This document shows positions 59,272 through 64,000 of a stretch of 64,000 bases of DNA, piece after piece (position 1 is the first letter of the stretch; each line of letters opens with the position of its first letter). The stretch covers positions 588,311 to 652,310 of the forward strand of contig NZ_JAPNJW010000001.1 in assembly GCF_026626745.1 (NCBI RefSeq), given 5' to 3'. The notes below the pieces were generated by a model. It did not search any database, was not told the origin of the DNA, and worked only from the letters and a program-made list of their open reading frames with translations. The stretch is from Nannocystis sp. RBIL2 (lineage in GTDB: Bacteria; Myxococcota_A; Polyangia; Nannocystales; Nannocystaceae). Made by a program: the position numbers and the translations under genes.

Positions 59272-60597
59272 ATGAACGCAGTCACGTCGACCTCCGGAGG
59301 CCCCACCTCACCGCCGCCGCAGGCCGACGCCGCGGAGCGACGCCATCGCATCTTCGCCATCATGGCGGCGTCGTCCGGCAACCTGGTCGAGTGGTTCGAC
59401 TTCTACGTGTACGCCTTCGCCGCGCTGTACTTCGCGCCGGCGTTCTTTCCCCAGTCGGATCCGACCGCCCAGCTGCTCAACACCGCCGGCGTGTTCGCGG
59501 CCGGCTTCTTGATGCGACCGATCGGCGGCTGGCTGTTCGGGCGGATCGCCGACCGCCTGGGTCGCAAGACCTCGATGCTGCTGTCGGTCATGATGATGTG
59601 CGCCGGCTCGCTCGTGATCGCCTGCCTGCCGACCTACGCGCAGATCGGCATGTGGGCCCCGTTCTTGCTGCTGGTGTGCCGGCTGTTCCAGGGCCTCTCG
59701 GTCGGCGGCGAGTACGGCACCACCGCCACGTACATGAGCGAGGTCGCGCTCAAGGGCCGGCGCGGCTTCTTCTCCTCGTTCCAGTACGTCACGCTGATCG
59801 GCGGCCAGCTGCTCGCGGTGCTCACGCTCGTGGTGCTCGAGCACCTGCTGAGCGAGGCCGAGCTCAAGGCCTGGGGCTGGCGGATCCCCTTCGTCCTCGG
59901 CGCGGTGGCGGCGGTGGTCGCCCTGCTGCTCCGCCGCACCCTGCACGAGACGCAGAGCGCCGCGGCCAAGGCCGACGCCGAGGCCGGCAGCGTGGCCGGC
60001 CTGCTCCGTCACCACCGCGCCGCGTTCTTGACCGTGCTCGGCTACACCGCCGGCGGCTCGCTCTTCTTCTACACGTTCACCACGTACATGCAGAAGTACC
60101 TGGTCAACACGGTCCACCTGCCGATCCGGACCGCCAGCTACGTGATGACCGGCGCGCTGTTCGTCTACATGTGCCTGCAGCCGGCCTTCGGCGCGCTGTC
60201 GGACCGGATCGGCCGGCGCACCTGCATGCTGCTGTTCGGCAGCCTCGGCGCGGTGGCCACGGTGCCGATCCTGACCGCCCTGCAGCGCACCGCCAGCCCG
60301 GTGACGGCCTTCTTCCTGATCCTCGCTGCGCTGGCGATCGTGAGCCTCTACACCTCGATCAGCGGCATCGTCAAAGCCGAGATGTTCCCGCCGGAGGTGC
60401 GCGCGCTCGGGGTCGGCCTCGCCTACGCAGTGGCGAACGCGATCTTCGGCGGCTCGGCCGAGTACGTGGCGCTGGCGCTCAAGTCGCTCGGCCACGAGAC
60501 GTCGTTCTTCTGGTACGTGAGCGCGATGATGGTCCTCACCGCGCTCGTCAGCCTGCGCCTGCCGCGGCATCCGAGCTACCTGCAGCACGATCCGTGA
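59272..60597 (+). CDS. MFS transporter, metabolite:H+ symporter family (KgtP/ProP-like)
   Basis: 12 TM helices. MHS family motifs [18 protein letters not shown] and [12 protein letters not shown]. Confidence 0.85.
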   Translation: MNAVTSTSGGPTSPPPQADAAERRHRIFAIMAASSGNLVEWFDFYVYAFAALYFAPAFFPQSDPTAQLLNTAGVFAAGFLMRPIGGWLFGRIADRLGRKTSMLLSVMMMCAGSLVIACLPTYAQIGMWAPFLLLVCRLFQGLSVGGEYGTTATYMSEVALKGRRGFFSSFQYVTLIGGQLLAVLTLVVLEHLLSEAELKAWGWRIPFVLGAVAAVVALLLRRTLHETQSAAAKADAEAGSVAGLLRHHRAAFLTVLGYTAGGSLFFYTFTTYMQKYLVNTVHLPIRTASYVMTGALFVYMCLQPAFGALSDRIGRRTCMLLFGSLGAVATVPILTALQRTASPVTAFFLILAALAIVSLYTSISGIVKAEMFPPEVRALGVGLAYAVANAIFGGSAEYVALALKSLGHETSFFWYVSAMMVLTALVSLRLPRHPSYLQHDP

Positions 60598-60609
60598 CGC
60601 GCCGCCGAG

Positions 60610-60700
60610 CGCGGCGAATCACATGTCTCTCGGGACAGCCTCGCGCGACATCGTCCGCGTCTCTCCGTTCCTGTCCCCGAGAACAGGTCGATCCTCGCGC
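60610..60700. repeat. palindromic/direct repeat cluster
   Basis: ACATGTCTCTCGGGACAGCC, then two copies of CTCGCGCGACATCGTCCGC. An inverted pair CTCGGGACAG / CTGTCCCCGAG is also present. Confidence 0.55.
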
Positions 60701-60819
60701 GACATCGTCCGCAACGACCCGTCTCCAGGCGCAGGCCGATACTCTTGCTCCATCCCCCCGCGCGGCATCGCCGACCGCACCAGACCCATCGGCCCGGCGC
60801 GTGCGTGCTCTACCGCTGC

Positions 60820-61785
60820 ATGCACCGCCGAGATTTCGCCCTCGGGCTCGTCGCCGCCGGCGCCTGGGCTTGCGGCGAGCGCCCCACCCCCGCGCCGCCC
60901 CCTCCTCGCCGCGCGCTCGCGCCCGAGCCCGAGCCCGAGCTCCCCGCGCCCGGTCCGCCCCCGCCCCCGGTCGCAACTTCGGCCCTCGGCCCGCCCGTCA
61001 TCACTCGCGCCGCCCTCGACGCCCGCGCCGACGAATTGCGCGAGCGCCACGCCGGCCGCGGCTTCACCGTCCTCGTCGAGCCGCCCTTCGTCGTCATCGG
61101 CGACGAGTCGCCCGCCGACGTCCAGCGGCGGGCCGATCGCACGATTCACTGGTCGGTGCTGCGGCTCAAGCAGGACTACTTCGCCCGCGACCCGGCGCGC
61201 ATCATCGACGTCTATTTGTTCGCCGACCGCGCCAGCTACGGCCGCAACACCCGCGAGTTGTTCGGCGAGGAGCCCGACACCCCCTATGGCTATTACTCGC
61301 CGCGGCACGCCGCATTGATCATGAACATCGGCACCGGCGGCGGCACCCTCGTCCACGAGATCGTCCACCCGTTCATGGCCGCCAACTTCCCCGCCTGCCC
61401 CGCCTGGTTCAACGAGGGCCTCGCCTCGCTCTACGAGCAGTGCGGCGAGCACGGCGGCCGGATCGTCGGCTACCCCAACTGGCGCCTGCCGCACCTGCAG
61501 GCCGCCATCCGCGCCCGGCGCCTGCGCTCGTTCGCCGAGCTGTGCGCCACCGACTCCGACGAGTTCTACGGCGCGCGCTCCGGCCTCAATTACGCCCAGG
61601 CCCGCTACCTCTGCTATTATTTACAGGAGCACGATCGCCTGCGCGACTACTATCATGCCTTCGTCGCCGGCGCCGACCTCGATCCCGGCGGCTACGCCAC
61701 CCTGCAGAAGATCGTCGGTCACCGCGACATGCCCCGCTTCGAGCGCGAGTGGCGGCGCTTCGTCCTCGACCTGCAGTGGAGCTGA
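60820..61785 (+). CDS. putative zinc metallopeptidase-like protein (HExxH), possibly lipoprotein
   Basis: HEIVH motif and a signal-like N-terminus (LGLVAAGAWACGE). An alternative upstream start at 60745 is possible. Confidence 0.5.
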   Translation: MHRRDFALGLVAAGAWACGERPTPAPPPPRRALAPEPEPELPAPGPPPPPVATSALGPPVITRAALDARADELRERHAGRGFTVLVEPPFVVIGDESPADVQRRADRTIHWSVLRLKQDYFARDPARIIDVYLFADRASYGRNTRELFGEEPDTPYGYYSPRHAALIMNIGTGGGTLVHEIVHPFMAANFPACPAWFNEGLASLYEQCGEHGGRIVGYPNWRLPHLQAAIRARRLRSFAELCATDSDEFYGARSGLNYAQARYLCYYLQEHDRLRDYYHAFVAGADLDPGGYATLQKIVGHRDMPRFEREWRRFVLDLQWS

Positions 61786-61794
61786 GCCGCGCGG

Positions 61795-62922
61795 CTACAG
61801 CCCGGCCGCCGCCGCGACCGCCGCAGTCGTCGCCTTGAGCACGTCGGTAGCGAACGCGTGGTCGAGCTTGTCCGGAGTGTCGAGCCCGAGCGTGCAGTGA
61901 TAGGCCGGGTTGCGGAACACCCCGGTGTCGAACACGTGCAGCGCCGGAAATCCGCGCTCCCAGAAGCTGCGGTGGTCCGACATGCTCAGCACCCCGAATG
62001 CGTCGTCGTCGAGCTTCTCCGCGTCCGTCAGCGTCATCACCCCCGTCAGCCGGCCGAGGCCCTCCGCCTGCGCCTCCAGCTCGAGCGCGAACGGCTCCGC
62101 CGACGCGTCGGCGACCACCGCGATGAAGTCGGCGCGCCCCTTGTTGGCGGTCAGCTCGTCGGCCAGCCCGGGGAACCGCTCCGCCAGCGGCCCCGGGAAG
62201 ATCTGCGAGTGCTCCGCCGCGCTCGCATAGCCGATCATGTCGAAGTTGAACGCCACCGCCAGCTTCGCGCCCGTGAACGTCTGCGCGAACGCCCGCGAGC
62301 CGCGCAGCCCCGACTCCTCCTCGTCCCAGCAGGCCACCATCAGCGTGCGCGGCAGCTTCGCCTGGCCGAGCACGCGCGCCACCTCGAGCGCCCCGGCCAC
62401 CCCGCTCGCGTTGTCGTCGGCGCCGGGGCAGCCGCTGACATGATCGTAGTGGGCCGCCAGCAGCACCACCTCGGACGCCGCCGCAGTGCCCTCGCGCGTC
62501 CCGATCACGTTGATCCCGCTGCCGTAGTCCTGGCGCTGCACCACGAAGCCCGCCTGCTCGAGCTCCGTCGCGCAGCGGTCCTGCACCTTCTGCCAGTGGA
62601 TCGATCCGGGCGGCCGCGACTGGGCCATGAACGCGACGTCCTCGGCCCAGCGAACCGGGTCGACGCAGTCCATCAGCGCCTCCGGGCTGTCGTGACCGCA
62701 GCGGGACGCGATCCCGGCGTCGGGCCCCGGCCCCGTGGTCGTCGGCGCCGCCGTCGTCCCGCTCGAGCTGCTCGAGCTGGTCGAACTGCTGATCCCGCCC
62801 GGCGCGCCCGTCTCCGTCGAACCACTCGTCGTCGCCGCGTCGCTCTCGCCGCTCGTCGCCGGCGAGGGGCACGCACCGAGTCCGAGCCACATCACCCCGA
62901 CCGCACCGCGGACCGCTCGCAT
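61795..62922 (-). CDS. M28 family zinc peptidase (aminopeptidase), lipoprotein
   Basis: Lipobox LGLGACPS. M28 metal ligands are HYDHVSGCPGADDNASGVAGALEVAR and DEEESGLRGS. The start may be at 63003. Confidence 0.8.
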   Translation of the reverse strand: MRAVRGAVGVMWLGLGACPSPATSGESDAATTSGSTETGAPGGISSSTSSSSSSGTTAAPTTTGPGPDAGIASRCGHDSPEALMDCVDPVRWAEDVAFMAQSRPPGSIHWQKVQDRCATELEQAGFVVQRQDYGSGINVIGTREGTAAASEVVLLAAHYDHVSGCPGADDNASGVAGALEVARVLGQAKLPRTLMVACWDEEESGLRGSRAFAQTFTGAKLAVAFNFDMIGYASAAEHSQIFPGPLAERFPGLADELTANKGRADFIAVVADASAEPFALELEAQAEGLGRLTGVMTLTDAEKLDDDAFGVLSMSDHRSFWERGFPALHVFDTGVFRNPAYHCTLGLDTPDKLDHAFATDVLKATTAAVAAAAGL

Positions 62923-62982
62923 CACCGTCACTATAGCACTCGCCCGGCCCCACGCCGGTGGATCGCCCGCCGCCGATCGCTT

Positions 62983-63444
62983 ATGACCGGCGTCATGGCC
63001 CACCCCCTCACCGAACTCACAGGCTCATGGACCGGCCCCGCGCGCACCTGGCTCGACCCGACTGGCGGCGAGCCGGACGTCGGCGACTGGCGCGTCCAGA
63101 TCGAGTCGCTGCTCGACGGCCGCTACGCGCGCCTCCGCTACGACGGCGTGTGCACCGGCAAGCTGCACCACGGCGAGATGACCCTCGGCGTCGACGACCA
63201 CGAGCACACCCTGTACTGGATCGACACCTTCCACACCGGCGCCTCCCCCTTGTGGTCGACCGGGCCCGCGGGCCCCGCCGTCTCGGTCCTCGGCAGCTAC
63301 CGCGCCGGCGACCAGCGCTGGGGCTGGCGCACCGCCTTTCGCCGCGACGGCGACGAGCTCGTGATCGAGGCCACCAACATCGAGCCGAGCGGCGAGGAGA
63401 CGCGCGCCATCGAGGTCCGCCTCACCCGCGTCACAGCTGCCTGA
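62983..63444 (+). CDS. hypothetical protein (small beta-rich, DUF1579-like)
   Basis: 153-aa ORF with a non-random sequence. Confidence 0.5.
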   Translation: MTGVMAHPLTELTGSWTGPARTWLDPTGGEPDVGDWRVQIESLLDGRYARLRYDGVCTGKLHHGEMTLGVDDHEHTLYWIDTFHTGASPLWSTGPAGPAVSVLGSYRAGDQRWGWRTAFRRDGDELVIEATNIEPSGEETRAIEVRLTRVTAA

Positions 63445-63500
63445 TCGACCATGCCCCCCGGGACATGCCCGTTCGGCCATGCCCGCACGGACATGTCCCT
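63445..63500. repeat. palindromic intergenic repeat cluster
   Basis: Sequence is CATGCCCCCCGGGACATGCCCgttcgGCCATGCCCGCACGGACATGTCCCTCAAGGGCAGG, lying between convergent gene ends. Confidence 0.6.
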
Positions 63501-64000
63501 CAAGGGCAGGCGACCACCTGCACGTCGTAGCTGAACGGCTGCGGCACCCCGTTCACCGCCACCGTGTAGGTCTTGCCGGCCTCCGAGGTCCAGCCCTGCG
63601 GCGTCATGGCGATCGCGCTGGCCGAGCCGAACCCGCCCATGAGCGCCGTCGTCTTCACCGGCCGGTCGACCCCGCCCTCGCTGATCGTCACCTGCGCCGC
63701 GCCGAGGTCGATCGCGTCGCTCTGGATCGTCCAGCCTGTCTCGTCGACATTGGACCACGGCACCTCCGGCACGTGGATCGCGTCGATCGGCACCACCCCG
63801 GGCGGCGGCCAGGCCGTCCACGCCGCGTCGCCGCCGCCCTGCCCGCCGAGCACCCACATGCACGAGTTCACGGCCGTCGAGCCGAGCCCGACCGGCCCGA
63901 GCCCGTTCGAGAGGATCCACCGCCGGTGGCCGAAGGTCGTGGCGTTGCCGGGGTCGACCATGTAGAGGTCGACCGCGACCACGCCCGGCGTCGACGAGAT
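63500..64000 (-). CDS. secreted protein with CAP/SCP-like motif, 5'-partial (continues beyond window)
   Basis: The ORF is open at the window end. The C-terminal portion contains FGHRRWILS...NSCMWV, which resembles CAP-domain motifs. Confidence 0.4.
   Translation of the reverse strand: MSSTPGVVAVDLYMVDPGNATTFGHRRWILSNGLGPVGLGSTAVNSCMWVLGGQGGGDAAWTAWPPPGVVPIDAIHVPEVPWSNVDETGWTIQSDAIDLGAAQVTISEGGVDRPVKTTALMGGFGSASAIAMTPQGWTSEAGKTYTVAVNGVPQPFSYDVQVVACP

Overview
This 64-kb window is about 70% GC and is dense in lipoprotein genes with L-A-A-C type lipoboxes, Myxococcus-type cysteine-rich repeats, a TPR-containing Ser/Thr kinase and a sterol-reductase homologue. I infer a myxobacterial (Myxococcota) chromosome, probably an accessory or secretome-rich region; no tRNA, rRNA or CRISPR was seen. 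The main contents are listed below.

- **PEP-utilizing enzyme:** a 5'-truncated PEP-utilizing-enzyme / rifampicin-phosphotransferase-like gene.
- **Secreted or membrane genes:** a small permease, a subtilisin-family protease, and many cysteine-rich, vWA, fibro-slime, beta-propeller or TolB-like lipoproteins.
- **Mobile element:** a complete IS630-family insertion sequence with 25-bp inverted repeats and TA target duplication.
- **ECF sigma factor:** an ECF sigma factor whose ORF runs on without a stop into a transmembrane and TPR-like extension.
- **Terpenoid nanocompartment locus:** two tandem family-2B encapsulin shell genes with cNMP-binding domains, followed by a geranyl-diphosphate C-methyltransferase gene and a 2-methylisoborneol-synthase-like terpene cyclase. 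Both cargo-pathway genes appear frameshifted.
- **DNA repair operon:** an lhr (large helicase) gene followed 4 bp later by an nei/fpg glycosylase gene.
- **Other enzymes:**
  - alpha/beta hydrolase with a divergent TetR regulator
  - zeta-class GST
  - short-chain dehydrogenase/reductase (SDR)
  - ERG4/ERG24-type sterol reductase
  - orphan beta-class DNA methyltransferase
  - PQQ sugar dehydrogenase fused to a di-heme cytochrome c domain
  - glutathione-dependent formaldehyde-activating enzyme family (GFA) protein
  - rpiA
  - delta-9 desaturase
  - MFS transporter
  - HExxH metalloprotease
  - M28 peptidase

The most striking feature not explained by genes is a dispersed family of composite palindromic intergenic repeats built from GGACATG(T/C)CC and CTGTC..GACAG modules. 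It is present at 14 or more loci, mostly at convergent gene ends. An isolated AT-rich promoter island is also present. All start coordinates are approximate.
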